Shown here piece by piece: positions 25,749 through 39,211 of a stretch of 64,000 nucleotides of DNA. The notes under the pieces are model-generated. The model was not told the origin of the DNA. It did no database searches and saw nothing but the letters and a program-made list of their open reading frames with translations. This DNA is from Takakia lepidozioides (Eukaryota > Plantae > Bryophyta). The position numbers were made by a program, and so were the translations under genes. The first letter of the stretch is position 1. Every line of letters starts with the position of its first letter. Location of the stretch: the NCBI GenBank assembly GCA_030704615.1, contig CM060732.1, positions 43,090,001 to 43,154,000 on the forward strand. Reading direction: 5' to 3'.

Positions 25749-28700
25749 ATGACTCACGCAAGCTTGTACGAGGTCTTGGTACTAGTACTAGGCATCATGC
25801 AGGCAGGTATGCTTTGTGGGGCAACACCACCGTCGCCTGCTTCTCCAGGCTTGCTGGAGCAGAGAAATTCAAAACTGGGTGATGTTGTCGTAGGCAAGAG
25901 CGGCTCGATGGTGAGCGTGGAGGTGGAGGTGCTGTTGGCATTCAAGAAATGCATACTTGACGATCCGAAGGGAATTTTAACGAATTGGAGTGTACGGACC
26001 GAAACAGACATTTGTCAGTCATGGTACGGAGTCACCTGTGATAAAACACATGCACACGTGGTTGAGCTGAATCTTCCAGGCATGGAGCTCCAAGGCACTA
26101 TAACTCCATTGCTTGGCAATCTCTCTTTCGTGAAGGTTATCGACTTATCCTCCAATGCTTTCACAGGTGCTCTCCTACAAATTACCTTGGAAAATGCACT
26201 AGATAAATGTTGTTCTAGATCTTATGTATATGTAATAATAAATTTTCCCACTCAGTTTGCATCCACACACACACACAGCTCTATCTGTGACTTCTGAACC
26301 GTCACCCAGTTAGTGGAGCTCTAGGCATCCCTTTCTTAGAGTACAGTTGTGTCCATTTAATTGATATATATCTCTATCTATACACCTCCTATACACTCGA
26401 GGCACTTGACCTGACTAATCGTCTCTGCTAGCAACATAACAACACTAGAGCTCTAACCAATTAAAATTATATATAGGGTAATCTCCGATTTCAAGAACCT
26501 TCCGCTGTCTAACAGTTTTGTACCTTCAAAAACAATCTCACAGGCGGCATTCCTGCTCATTTGGGAGATTGCTCAAATTTGGTGGAGCTGTACTTGGACT
26601 CCAATCAACTGAGCGGAAACATACCGATGGAGCTGGGCATGTTGCGCAGTCTAACAACCCTCTATCTTTTCAGCAACAATCTCACAGGCACCATTCCACC
26701 TACTTTGGGAGGTTGCCCATCTCTTGTGGACTTGGAGTTGTATTACAATCAGTTGAGTGGGAACATCCCGATGGAGCTAGGGAGGTTGCAAAATCTAAAT
26801 TTCCTTTACCTTTGGAACAACAGCCTCACAGGCACTATTCCTGCTAGTTTGGGAAATTGCTCAGCTTTGGTCAACCTGATATTATATAACAATCAGCTGA
26901 GTGGGAACATACCCTTGGAGCTAGGGAGGTTGGACAACCTAACTCACCTTTATCTTTATGGGAACAGCCTCACAGGCACCATTCCTGCAAGTTTGGGGAA
27001 TTGTTCATCACTTGTGGACCTAGTGTTGAACGACAATCAGCTGAGTGGGAGCATACCAAAGGAGCTAGGCATATTGCAGAATCTAACAACCCTCTATCTT
27101 GACAGCAACAACCTAACGGGCACCATTCCTCCTAGCTTAGGAGGTTGTCAATCTCTTGCGGACTTGGAGTTATGTTACAATCAGTTGAGTGGGAGCATCC
27201 CGATGGAGCTAGGGAGGTTGCAAAATCTAGCTTTCCTTTACCTTTGGAACAACAGCCTCACGGGCACTATTCCTAGTAGTTTGGTAAACTGCTCAGCTTT
27301 GGTGGACCTGGCGTTGAATAACAATCGGCTTAGTGGGATCATACCGGTGGACCTAGGGAGGTTGGAAAACCTCGCTAATCTCTATCTTTACGGGAACAGC
27401 CTCACAGGCACCATTCCTGCAAGTTTGGGGGACTGTTTATCTCTTGTGGGCGTGCAGTTGGACTACAATCAGCTTGGTGGGAACATACCAGTGGAACTAG
27501 GGAGGTTGCAAAACCTAACTTTGCTTACCCTTTCCTGCAACAAACTCAGAGGCATCATTCCTCCTAGTTTGGGAAATTGCTCATCGTTGGTGATACTATA
27601 CTTGGACGACAACCAGTTGAGTGGGAACATACCAGTGGAGCTAGGGCAGTTGGAAAAACTGACAATCCTTTACCTTTACGCAAACATGCTCACAGGCAGC
27701 ATTCCTGCAAGTTTGGGAAATTGTTCATCTCTCGTGGAACTACAATTGACCGGCAGTCAGGTGAGTGGCAACATACCAATGGAGCTAGGGAGGTTGCAAA
27801 ACCTCATGAAACTTCATCTTTTGAACACCACCCTTACAGGCGCCATTCCTCCCAGTTTGGGAAATTGCTCATCTTTGGTGGAGCTGGACTTGGACTCCAA
27901 TCAGCTCAGTGGAAGCATACCGATGGAGCTTGGGAGGTTGCACAATCTAACAATCCTTAACCTTTATAATAACAATCTCACAGGAACCATTCCTACTAGT
28001 TTGGGAAATTGTTCATCTTTGGTCGACCTGGACTTAGACTCCAATCAAATTCATGGAAACATACCAATGGAAATAGGGAGGTTGCAAAACCTAGGAAGGA
28101 TTTGGCTTTTTAACAACAGCCTCACAGGAACCATTCCTCCTACGTTGGGAAATTGCTCCTCTCTTGTGGACCTGACGTTGTACTCAAATCAGCTCAGTGG
28201 GAACATACCGACAGAACTAGGGAAGCTGCAAAAGCTAACAACACTGCACCTTTGGGACAACAACCTCACAGGCTCCATTCCTGCTAGTTTGGGAAATTGC
28301 TCATCTCTTGTGGACCTGGAGTTGTACTCAAATCAACTCAGCGGGAACTTACCCAGTGAACTTGGGAACTGTTCCGGTTTGCAAACGATAATTCTCGGCA
28401 ACAACGCAATCACAGGAGAGTTCACAGTGGATTTGGCAAAGTTTAGCAACTCTCTAACAACTTTGTCAGTGAACAACAACAACTTTACAGGGCAGGTTCC
28501 AACTTCCTTTGGTAAATGCACCCATCTTGTGGTGGTTGATTTCAGTGGAAACCAGTTCAATGGAACTGTCCCAGTTTTTGAGAGTGGTGATTTTCAGCAA
28601 CTACGGGTGCTCAGTTTTGGACACAACTCACTTAGTGGCCCGATTCCAGATTGGGTCTGGAATCTGACTGGATTGCAAGTGTTGGATCTCTCACATAACT

Positions 28701-29452
28701 ACTTCAAAGGTGGGCTCTCGACAAGTTTAAGTCAGTTGTCGGGCTTCAATGTGAGGGCAAATGCCTCGACTGGATTCAATGGATCGACTACTCTCTATAC
28801 TCAAGACCTCCGCATCACATTCAAGGGCTACACAAGGATATTCACGTATGTTTTATTGACCACAATTTCCTTTGACGTCTCAGCAAATGAGCTCAGTGGC
28901 CAAATTCCAGCAGAGATTGGATGGCTAAGTGAGCTCCTCAACCTGAATTTGTCCCAAAATTCCTTCACAGGCCCCATCCCAGGGAGCATGTCCAACATCA
29001 GCGCACTGGAGTCGTTGGACCTCTCAGCTAATATACTGAGCGGTGCAATTCCAGATAATCTGGCGGACTTGAGTGCCTTGGGGTTCCTTAATCTCTCCCA
29101 CAACAACCTCTCTGGGCAGATTCCAATACAAGGCGTGTTCAACTCAAAATTCTCCAACTCGTCATTTCTGGACAATCCCGATCTATGTGGGATCCCTCTC
29201 TCCAGGCAATGCTCCTCACAAGGAAATGTCAGCTCCACCCCACCACGCCCGGCTGCCATTGATACAACTGAAACCGCACTCATAGATCGGATTGGAAAGG
29301 TTCTATCAATTCCTGGCTTTGTATTGGGCACCGCGATTGGGTTTGTCTCTGTACTGACAATGGCCATTGCCTGGGCTCCAACACGCCATTTTGTATTGAA
29401 ACCAACAACCGTGGTGAACTACGATCGTAAATATGGAGCATTTTCCGATTGA
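25749..29452 (+). CDS. LRR receptor-like protein (signal peptide, LRRNT, more than 30 LRRs, island domain, C-cap, TM, short tail; no kinase), ~1100 aa
   Basis: Exon 1 25749-26166 (LLAFKKCILDDPKGILTNW...CQSWYGVTC) splices in phase 1 to 26544-29452, giving NAFTG|GIPAHLGDCSNL. Island ...LRITFKGYTRIFTYVL; SFLDNPDLCG..C; TM FVLGTAIGFVSVLTMAIAW; tail ends YGAFSD. Confidence 0.92.
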
Positions 29453-29580
29453 TTTGCCTTGTGAGCGTGTGTTTTGGATGCAAACTTGTAAATGTGCTTG
29501 TATGGTTTTGATCTCTTGTCACTCTACCTGGGATAGAAACCAATAAAACTGCAGAATATCTGAAACATGCATCAAGAACT

Positions 29581-30151
29581 GAACGCTCAATCCAAAGGAC
29601 CTTTCTTGTGTGCTCCTGTATGGAGCCCCAGTCCCAGTGGGCCACAGAGCAGCCATGGTATGAACCACAGCCTTGCGCAGACCAGGCTACATCCACCAGT
29701 GCTCCAAACATCTTTGAAGGAACCTTGACAACATACTTCAGAATAGACCACCATAACAACACTGAGAATTCCTTCAGCTGCTTTTGTCTGCTATACTGTC
29801 TTGTGTTGTGATGATGGATGTGTTGCTTCGTCCACTAGACAATAATCCTCAACTTGGCTGAAATGGGCATCTACCCTGCCACTGCATCCAACCAGAGGTA
29901 GAGAGATATGCCTCTCTTTACTCTCTTCTTTTGGGTCTCTAACATAACCCCAGATTTGGGTAAGATGATCACTTTATGGTCATACAACAACTACAGAGGC
30001 ACGCATCCTTTCCTTCGTCCATCAGCTCCTTCAGTATCTCCTGTTATCTCACATTTTTCCTTGTTCCATCCATTGCATGAGACAACAGAGAGGTGCTCAT
30101 TTCCATGTGCTGCTGCAGCCATATCCCCTGCGGTATGCCCTGTTTCTGGGG
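29581..30151. repeat. Second copy of 17334-17889
   Basis: Direct similarity with small indels; ends at TTTCTGGGG. Confidence 0.88.
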
Positions 30152-30597
30152 AAATACTGACCAGGGTTTCTATCAGGTTGAAAGTTAAGACAGGCCAGCT
30201 CAAGCATAGCCCACGGAAATCATGCTAGAGGTGCAGACATTTTAAGCAATGCATTGCAATAGTGGTACATTCAGATCCAGACCGTCACTCCAGCACTAAG
30301 ACTACCACCTAAATCTTTGAATGAGACATTACAAAGAGCATGTAGGCCTTTTCATGTGGGCATCAACTGGCCCTGCAATTGCGGTATGGCAGGATAAGCT
30401 TTAGAATCATGCGAAAAGAGTAGGCATCGTGAATCCAAAAACTTCAGATCGAACCCAAAGGTCCTGATTTCTTTAAGAGATGTTGATACACAGAGAGCAT
30501 AATAAATACAAGCGACAGAGGACAGCTGTCTCCTCAATCGCAACTTGACTCCAACTTGAAGATCCACATCCATGGACCAAAAAAATTGAAGTGGTCC

Positions 30598-33500
30598 TCA
30601 GCGCCGAGATCGCTTCCTTCTGCTTCCGCAATTTTTGAAAAGTTGGTTTCTGGTGAGAAAGTTAAGTATGCGTGCTCACTGATTTAGTCAAAGTGGAGAT
30701 GCAAGAACTAACACTTTTTGAGCCTTCAACAATTTTATCACTGGTTGATCAACAGACCCACTTATGGACCAGTGCCTGCTGTAGCTAAAAATTTGGAAAT
30801 TTGGTTTGGCTAACTCCCTTGTGCCTGAAGCTGCCTTAAAGCCCAAAAATGGGAAAAAGTCCATTCAACCTGTTCCCCATATAGATAGCTCTTTCCTGCC
30901 TACTATTCCAGTATGTTTGAAATTCCTATGGTGTTGTCCTTTGACCAGGACATCAGAGGTGAGGATACATGGAGAGATCAAGATGATGGGTGACAATTCC
31001 ACTGGAAATCAGCTCTGGTAAATATACCTTGGCTCCTTCAGACCACAGAGAGCACACCTCATTAGAGCCAGTATTTCAGACTTCAACTTGACCCACTACC
31101 ATGGGTTTTGAGATAAGCTGGCAGCAAGAGACTGAATGGAGGGCCGCTATGAAGGACCTACTGCATTTCGATCTGCAATTCTAGCAGACGTTTTTGTAAA
31201 CAGTGGCATGTTCTAAGGCAACGTTGCAGCAAAGCCACAAGGCACTCTACATGCAAAAGAAATGGAGTTGAAATGTGGCACCTTGCTGCAGAAGGGAAAT
31301 GCAGACATCCTTATCTTCCTCATCAGATATGACCAAACAATAGTTTTCTGGATCTTCCTTGGGTGAAGGTCCTGAGTACTTATCCACCACCTGCAAGTCC
31401 AATTTGTTTTAGGAGACTGTACAGACCTATTAGTAGATGAGCCAAATTCCGAAAAACTATCTAAAGATGTACATCTTGGAAAAGCATTGCTACACCTTGG
31501 AAGACTTTCGACAACTAAACCAAAAGACATTACTTCTAACAATAGAGTGATCTTCAGAGCGCAACCTACTGCCTAAGGAGCTCTATTCCGGGTCGTCATT
31601 CAAGGGTAGGAAACTGAGGCTATTTGAAATATTCAAACAGTCGTGAATAACAAGTGAGCTGCTGAACATATGTCCAGGTCACCTGTACCATGGTGTGGAA
31701 AAGTTCCAACACTTTGACTGTCCCTCTGAAAATTGGATGATGTACCTTGAGGGAAGAGTCCCCATTGAATGGGACAACCCTCCCAAAGCTAATCATGGTG
31801 TACTACTGATCCACAATGGTAATTCAGACACAACGACTACAGGGAGTGTCAATATGTGCGCTGGCATTGACATCATAGAAGACAGCAATGGCTACTTCCT
31901 ACATACTGTTCTGCAACAGACACACACAGAGACCTCACCTGGCCACCTGCTGCCTTGACAACGGCTGCTACAGCTGCAGGTCCGGGTTTTGTGTTTGGAG
32001 TAATAAAAACTCTAATTCCCTGCAAAAGAGGCTTGCGCAGGGCAGCAGCCAGTGTGGAGCACATAGAGAAACCCAACTCTCTCTCCTTCTTCACATCCTG
32101 CAGTATAAACTGCCTCTCATCAAGGAAGCAGCTAGCTTGGGCGCAGCTTTCTAGCCACATAGTAGTAACCACAGGCTTCCCTGCCGCCATGGCCTCTACC
32201 ATATTCCTAGTTCGCACAAACTTTTCTGCAACGAAATGGGTGCACTCTCCCGCTGTTGTCACCACTTGACCGCCCAGCCTACCAAGTATCTGCCACACGA
32301 GATAATAGTGAAAATTTATCAAATTATGAGGTCTATAGACAACAAAAACTCTTGCCACTTGAAATGCTGGCAGACTTCACTTTGGTGCAATGAGTGGACT
32401 GGCCATGAAAATATCTGGACAGGATTCTTGTGAACACCTGATGCTCACTTCAACACCTAGAACGGATCATAAGATGGTTCTGTGCTGAGAGAAGGAAGAA
32501 AGAAACTTTATAATGTCCACAAGGGACCCTGAGGGAGAAAGAGAACTGGTCACCTTTTCTGGTGTCTGAATTCCTTCCTACCTCGTTTTGGGGATTCTCT
32601 TGGTTTGCAAAGGTGTGTGGTTGTATTGGTCCACAATTGTGTTGCCTTATGCATTTGATGTAGTTCAAGGCTATGGCCTCCTTTTCCCTTCAATATTTCA
32701 AATACAGGAGATAGGAGTGCGATTTGATGCCTCTGCTGGAAAGAAATATACCAAACTTCAATCTAGTCACACATCAATGACCATGAAAGAACCACACATT
32801 TCTATCTGTCCACATTCATGATTCAACATCAGTGGTTAGATTTTTGTGATGAACGGATCATTAGGCCCAGGCACCTTGCGCTGCTGTTTCATGATGTCTT
32901 CAGCCAAGCCATGGCTGAACAAAACATGAACAGGACCAATCTGCCTCTTTTGTCGTTTCCCCTCTCCAGGGCATCCAGACTCGGGAGCACCTCCTGTTAC
33001 GAATGTCAATGCAAGAGGCTCCTTTCTTTTGCGAGATACTCCATTTCGTGTCGACTGTGTCCCCTTCAAGGACTTGCCTGGTGTGGAGACAATAGGTGAG
33101 ATGGTTTGAGGCTCCAACTCTTGGTCCCCTGTGACATCAGTCTTGGCAACCGCATTCCTACTGCTTCTGCCGGTGACTGCTGCAGGCACCTGCATTGACA
33201 GTGATGGAACTGTTGGTATCATAACAGCTGGAGGCGTTGCTACTTTGGAATTTATCCGTGCTCGTTTTGCCCTCCCACGTGTGGTCACTGTGTCAGGAGA
33301 TATGCCCTGGATCCCTTCTGATACCTCTGGTAAGTTCAGCGAACAGGAAATAGCATTTGCTCCATGGATGGCATCAGAACATCGTAGTATCATGTCTGTA
33401 CCCCTTTTACTGAGTTTCCTTGGGTCCACCACTTCCTCACTTGAAGTCAAAGCTCCATGGCCTCTTCTCAGGCTTTGGGCCCCCTTCCCTGCACTCCTAG

Positions 33501-36500
33501 TGCCCACTCCTAATGCAACATTCCTCGAAGTAACTGGTCTTCTCCCTGGCAAGGGGCTCAAGGACCTACATTCCACCCCCCTCCTTCTCTTGTCAACAGA
33601 CCTCTCCTTCTCGTCATCACTCCCTAGAAGCCTTGAAACTGTGGCTTCTGAAAGTTTGATTCTCTTCCTTTCCTTTTCCACATTGACAGCTGTGGGGCCT
33701 TCAGTCTCTCCCTTTTTCCTTGCGGTGTCAAGCTTTGTTTTCCTCCCACTCTTGCTGGTGCCTCCATCACCGGCAACCTGCCCAAATTTCCAAACCTAAA
33801 ATGATGGAAATGATGGACATGCTGGTATGCTGTACTTCACCAATCATAAAGTTCACCATTGGCTTACGGTGATGAGGGCCTTTGGCAACCTATTCATCCC
33901 AGAAAAGAGAGGAAAGAACCACAGCTCCTGCCTTTCTATGTGGTTCGTGGAGAAACCTTAGCAATTTCAAGATTGACCAGAAGCCTGGTACAAATAGCCC
34001 ATTCCGGCAACTGGAGAAGAATTTGCAGCTGGCAACAAAAATGGCTTGGCATTCATGCTAAGGCAGTCAGAATTACAGAAGAAAGTGAACATACCATGGA
34101 GCTTGGATCCTTCCTTGACTTTTGCAGAGTGACATCATCTTCCTTATTGAAGTTCTCTCTCTTGTCTTCTTTCCTCTGCCTTGTGTTTGGGGCTCTTGGA
34201 ACTGGGAGCACACTGCTTGAAGATTTCCTTTTTCTGGCTGTGTTTGAACCCTTTTCCACCTCATCAACCCAGCTCACTCTCCGTTCTATCGTGGACCTTG
34301 TTTGGTCAAGGCTCACTACATCTGCATTTGCAATTTCAAAATCATTAAAGGCTCAAGGGCTGCATTAAAGCGGCTATCAGGAAACTACTGTTAAGTTGTG
34401 AAATGATTCGTGGGCCTCCTGATGTGGTGGCTAGACAAACTTCCAGTGCAGTAGGCTGTTTAGGGAATTTTGGTTGCCTTGTTGCCAGTCAGCAGATAAA
34501 TCTGCACCTCAGGAAATATCTTCCCCACCTGACAAAACAATTCAGACACCTGACATTAGACCTTGGCTTCTATGCCTCAAAGTACATCAAACAAACATGA
34601 CCCACAACTTTACATGCTTTGCCTGACCTGAAGTCGCTATCGTTGCTCGCCTGTTTCTCCCTTGAACCCTTGACCTTGTTGCGATCTGTATAGGTCTCGA
34701 CTCTTTCTGCCCACAGTCATGTCCTGACTCTCCCCTGTCAACTTCTGCTGCTTTATCTGCTGCTGTGAACTCATAACCATTGCACATGACCTGCACCATC
34801 ACTCCATCTCATTTGTGGACATGATAAAATAGCCAGGTGAAAAATCAGGAAGTAAAGGAAACTCTTACCTCCAGGGCCTCCACTGCCAATTGAGTATCAG
34901 GACCTGCAGCCTGCACTTTTTGCTCCTTAGGTTCTTGCTGCTCATCGCCCTCCCTGCGCTTACCCTCCAACCGCTTCCTAATCTCCTCTCGGTTCACAGG
35001 TGAGGCATTCAGAAAAATATCTGGTGCCTGAATTTCAAGATCCCGGGTTTTGAGGATACCCCTAAGGCCACTCCCAAGTCTCTCAGGCTCACATTGGCCC
35101 ATCATTGTGGCAACCTCTTGATTCCCAGGTGACAATTTTTTCAAGCTGGGGACAGTGACTGCTGGAATGCTAGAGGACAGTGGAACGTTAAGGCTCTCCT
35201 TCTCTGGCAACACCTTTGTGTTCTTATCCCTTTCTTTGCTCACATGTTGCTGTTGAGCCCAGTCTACCTGACCTTTGCGGGTCCTTCTGGTGTGCCTGGC
35301 AGAACCTTTCCCTGACGTATGCCCACGTTTCTTCGACTGACAAGGCTCCCCAGCAGCCACTTTTGACCCATCTATCTGTACAGGAAGGGAGACAATCTCG
35401 CCAGTGTTTGCTGCACCAAAGGATGGCCCAGCTTCATCATGTTGGCTATCGACCCACTGAAAGACACCCAACGGGTCTCTGGGAGCGTGAGCTTCAGCCA
35501 CCTGTGCAAGTGGGTGAAGTGCTCTCACCGTCGAGGTTCGAGCCCCGTGATGTGAACTTTCCGTTTCCTTTTGGAGCAAAAGCTCTTGAGGAGAGCTGGT
35601 GGTGTTCAGCCATACTAGCTTGTCCACGCAATCCAGTGCTCGAGCCTGTGATTCTTCCCCTGGGTCCTGCCAGTGCATGTATCAAAAACAAAACTTGGGA
35701 TAAATTATGAGGCTGCTGGATATGGGGACCTTGCTCATAATACAGTCTTCTTCTTCCATGGATTCAGAATACTAGTACACACAAAACCAAAAAATGTTCA
35801 AATGTGACACCCAGAGACCATGAGAGCCACCAGCAGAGAATACCATGCATGAAGATTGCAAAATACAAGCCACGGGCAACCATTTCAGACAAAGCAAACT
35901 AAGGAAAAACCTGGGAGTCCAGGTAGCTCAAGCTCCCTGTTGGAGACAACCCCGACGCAATGGGGTTCCGATGTTCCTTGGACAGTAAACCCCCATACTT
36001 CTCCACAGAACGTTGTTCCTTTGAAGCCTCAGTCCCTGAAAAAAGCTTACGAACACTACGGGCGCCCTTCTCTGCCACTTCCCCAACACTTTTTGTGTTG
36101 TTTCTATCCCCATCACCACCACCCATTAACTTTTCAAACCTTCGCAAAGACTTTGAAGTGCTTTCTTTCTCTTTGACCACCATATCACTTTTGTCCAAAT
36201 CTGTTCTCTCAGTCCCAACCACATGCGGCGTATTCCCTGCCTCCAAAGCAGGCAAATGAGACCTGGAGCTTGAGCTTGGAGGGGGAGCCCTCCTTTCAAA
36301 AACGCGAAGTGGCGTCCTTGATATGGCCCTAGGATTCTCTCCCATCCAATCAGGATCTGGTGTTTCCTGCTCAAGGAGGGCCAGCTGTTCACAGATCCCG
36401 TCAGATGGAGCCAGTGTGTCAAACTTTTGTACTTCCAGGGCCTTCAATCCTTGGAACTTGGTAACATCTTCGACTTCACGATCTTTCCTATTCCAGCTTG

Positions 36501-38920
36501 CCCCCTTTGATGCTTGCCAAGTTAAAGGGCGCAAAGCAGCCATACGCATGGACGCTGCACGCATGGAAGCCAATGAAATGGGAGGATTGACATTGTCTGT
36601 GTTTCCACCTATGGCCTCTTGTGTTTGCAAACTTTCAGCATGGTTGCTTGATAGTTGTTTCTGTGGGAAGGACTGGAGTGCAATTGGCTCCAAACTTTTG
36701 GGACAATCATACTTTGCATCCCTGCCAGCATCACACTCTCTCTTATGTTCAAGCAACCCTGACTCGATGTCTTCTTCAAGAGAGGTACTCCGATCACTCT
36801 GAAATTTGCCATTTCCATCTCTTTCCATTGTTTTGTCTTGCTGGTTTGCCAGGAGTGTGAGGTTAAGTTTCTGAGCAACCTCAAAGGGGTCCTGAATGGG
36901 AGGCCCATGTGCTCCCGATGGAGACAGGACAAGGTTTTGTGAGCACCGACCACCTGCTGCGTGTGTGCCAATGATGTAAATCAGACCAGGATTCACTACT
37001 CAACCTTTTAAGACATTCACACGGTTCCAAACAAGGCAAAAAAGTATTACTAAGACTGAATATTAGGGTGTGACCCACCTGCCGTGGGCACCATCTCACT
37101 ACTGCCTTCATCTTCTGTGGTTGCATCTGAATCTACAACGGGAAGTTCATCCTCCATCGGTTCATTCTTGCCACCCCGAGTGTCACCATCTTCGTCTGCT
37201 GTATCTGGTTGGAAATCCTCAATACCTGCCAGATTCCTCTCCCAATGAAGCCATGGAGTTTTGGAACATGAGGGAAACAAACTAGGTTTCTGTTCACAGG
37301 AACAACAGAAGGAACCACTATGTACACTTGAACATCTTGTGGTGAATCAGCAACTTAGGCAGGTGCATAGGAAACTAAAATTCATTACTAGGAAAATGTT
37401 TCTGGTGAGCATCCATGATAGCCAGTGGACAACAGTGTAAGTACAACAATTAAATATTGGTTGTACAAGCTCAAAAACGAGAGCATCAGTGGTATTGACA
37501 CAGAAGATGCGCCATTGAGGAGACAGTCTCTCTTCATGATACACACTTGATACCAGGCATGAATAGTCTAAGTAATGTTATAGGAAAGTACCAAAAGTCT
37601 TGAGAACATTGATAAGAACTAGATGAGAGGGTTTCATATGCGAAGAATGGGGAGTAATTCGGAATATTTTACCTCTAGGGCAGTGATGATTGCCTCCAGG
37701 AGGAAGATCTACCCTGCCTGATTCTGAAGTCCTTTCTTCCTCAAAATCACACTGGTGGCCATCCTCGTGGTAAACATCCAGCAACTGTGTTTGCTGGTAA
37801 TCTTGATCATCCCCAGCATCTTCATGTTCCCCATATAGATCGCCGTCATCTAGCAGCTGAGTCTCCAGGTAAACTGTTCCTCCAGGTTCCGCATCCATCT
37901 GCCAATCCTCTCTTTCTTCCTGAGGGTTGGGCCCTGCCAGTTTCATCGATTCTGAATCTGAATCTGTAGGTGCATAGCAAGCGATGTGAAATGAATTTTA
38001 TGGAGAGATGGACAAATGGTGGCATTGACAGAAGCTCAGACTATGATAGTGATGCCAATCAGTGGCTACAACGAATTGGCACCATCAGATGGAAACATTT
38101 GTAAATAACCTTGCCAATAAACTAAGGCTTCAGCACCATGCAAAGGGTTCATCCGCACAGCATTTCTAATCAACAAAACTGGAGTACATCATTTGATATC
38201 AGACACTGCTTCAGACATTCCTCAAGATGACTGAGTCATCCTCTGCAAGTGCCATGATGGGCAAGTGTCTATGAATCAACATAGGCTTCCAACCTGCCAC
38301 ATGGGGTTTGATATCGCTCTATTACTCTCACCTAGAGATTAACAGGGTCTCATTTTCTTATCTCAAGGACCACATCCTGCCAGCTATTGCATTTGGTGCA
38401 TGATTGACTTTAATTTACCCTGCAAGTGTTGAGGATCACAGATATTGGACTGACGAGGTAGGATAACTCCCAACTCCATTCCTTATATGAGAAACCCTGG
38501 AAAACCCTTCGACAAACGCAATCATCTCGTGTTTAAATTGTCTACCTTGACAGAACTCTGGCGGAGAAACCACACGAGGATTCGAAATAAACGAACATAT
38601 GGGATCCATGCAGGTCACTTGCTCTCCCTGGCTCTGTCTATCCCTCTCCATACTAGGACCGGCCCTGTGCGCGTGCTCACCTAAGACTCGAAAAAGCTTC
38701 CCAATTACCACTCCGAAACTCTTCCTTTAGGTACCACGTCCATAGCTGCTTTCCAGAACCCCTAAAATAAGCGGAATTATCAGTCACGAAACACAGAGAC
38801 GGGGAAAGAAAACACACCATCAAAATCGGCAAAACGCTGTGCGGGTTCGTGGAGCGACTGACTCCGAGCTCCTTCCCTTGAACTGTGCCAGGAGGCACCA
38901 CCTCTGGCCGTTGCATTCAT
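30598..38920 (-). CDS. BCP4: Tandem-BRCT DNA-damage mediator, BCP3/BCP4-like (plant MDC1 counterpart)
   Basis: Multi-exon gene. Motifs LSYLDSQ|DPGEESQARALDCVDKL, VFQWVDSQHDEAG and GPDTQLAVEALE. C-terminal tBRCT: VLFSHGLAEDIMKQQRK|ILGRLGG...CTHFVAEKFVRTRNMVEAMAAGKPVVTTMWLESC...ITPNTKPG...VKAAGGQ|VVDK...LVISDEED|GAKVYLPELISSGIVTHHLD|INQLF...*. Stop at 30598; start at 38920 is tentative. Confidence 0.85.
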
Positions 38921-39211
38921 GCTTCCAGAATAATTTGACAAATACAGTTCACTGCAACCCCCCAAGCTTGTTCTCACGCACTGGAATCCAAATTGCGATT
39001 ACTTGAGGAACATACGTACATCCTGTTGGTGGCAGCAAGAGAACACAAGCTCTGAACAAACGCAACCCCATACCTAGCATCAAGACGAACAATCGGAAGA
39101 GAAACAACACACAAAGCGCAGGGCAACGTCCCTTCCTATTTCGGGAAGGGCTTGCAAAGCTCTGCCCCCTAAAGCCGTGACCAAGAAGACGCCCACCCTA
39201 TATCCGTGTTA

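Noticed and set aside
14279-37969. Many antisense or overlapping ORFs over the PPR, LRR and BRCT genes
   Set aside because: Shadow ORFs of real coding sequence with no independent motifs.
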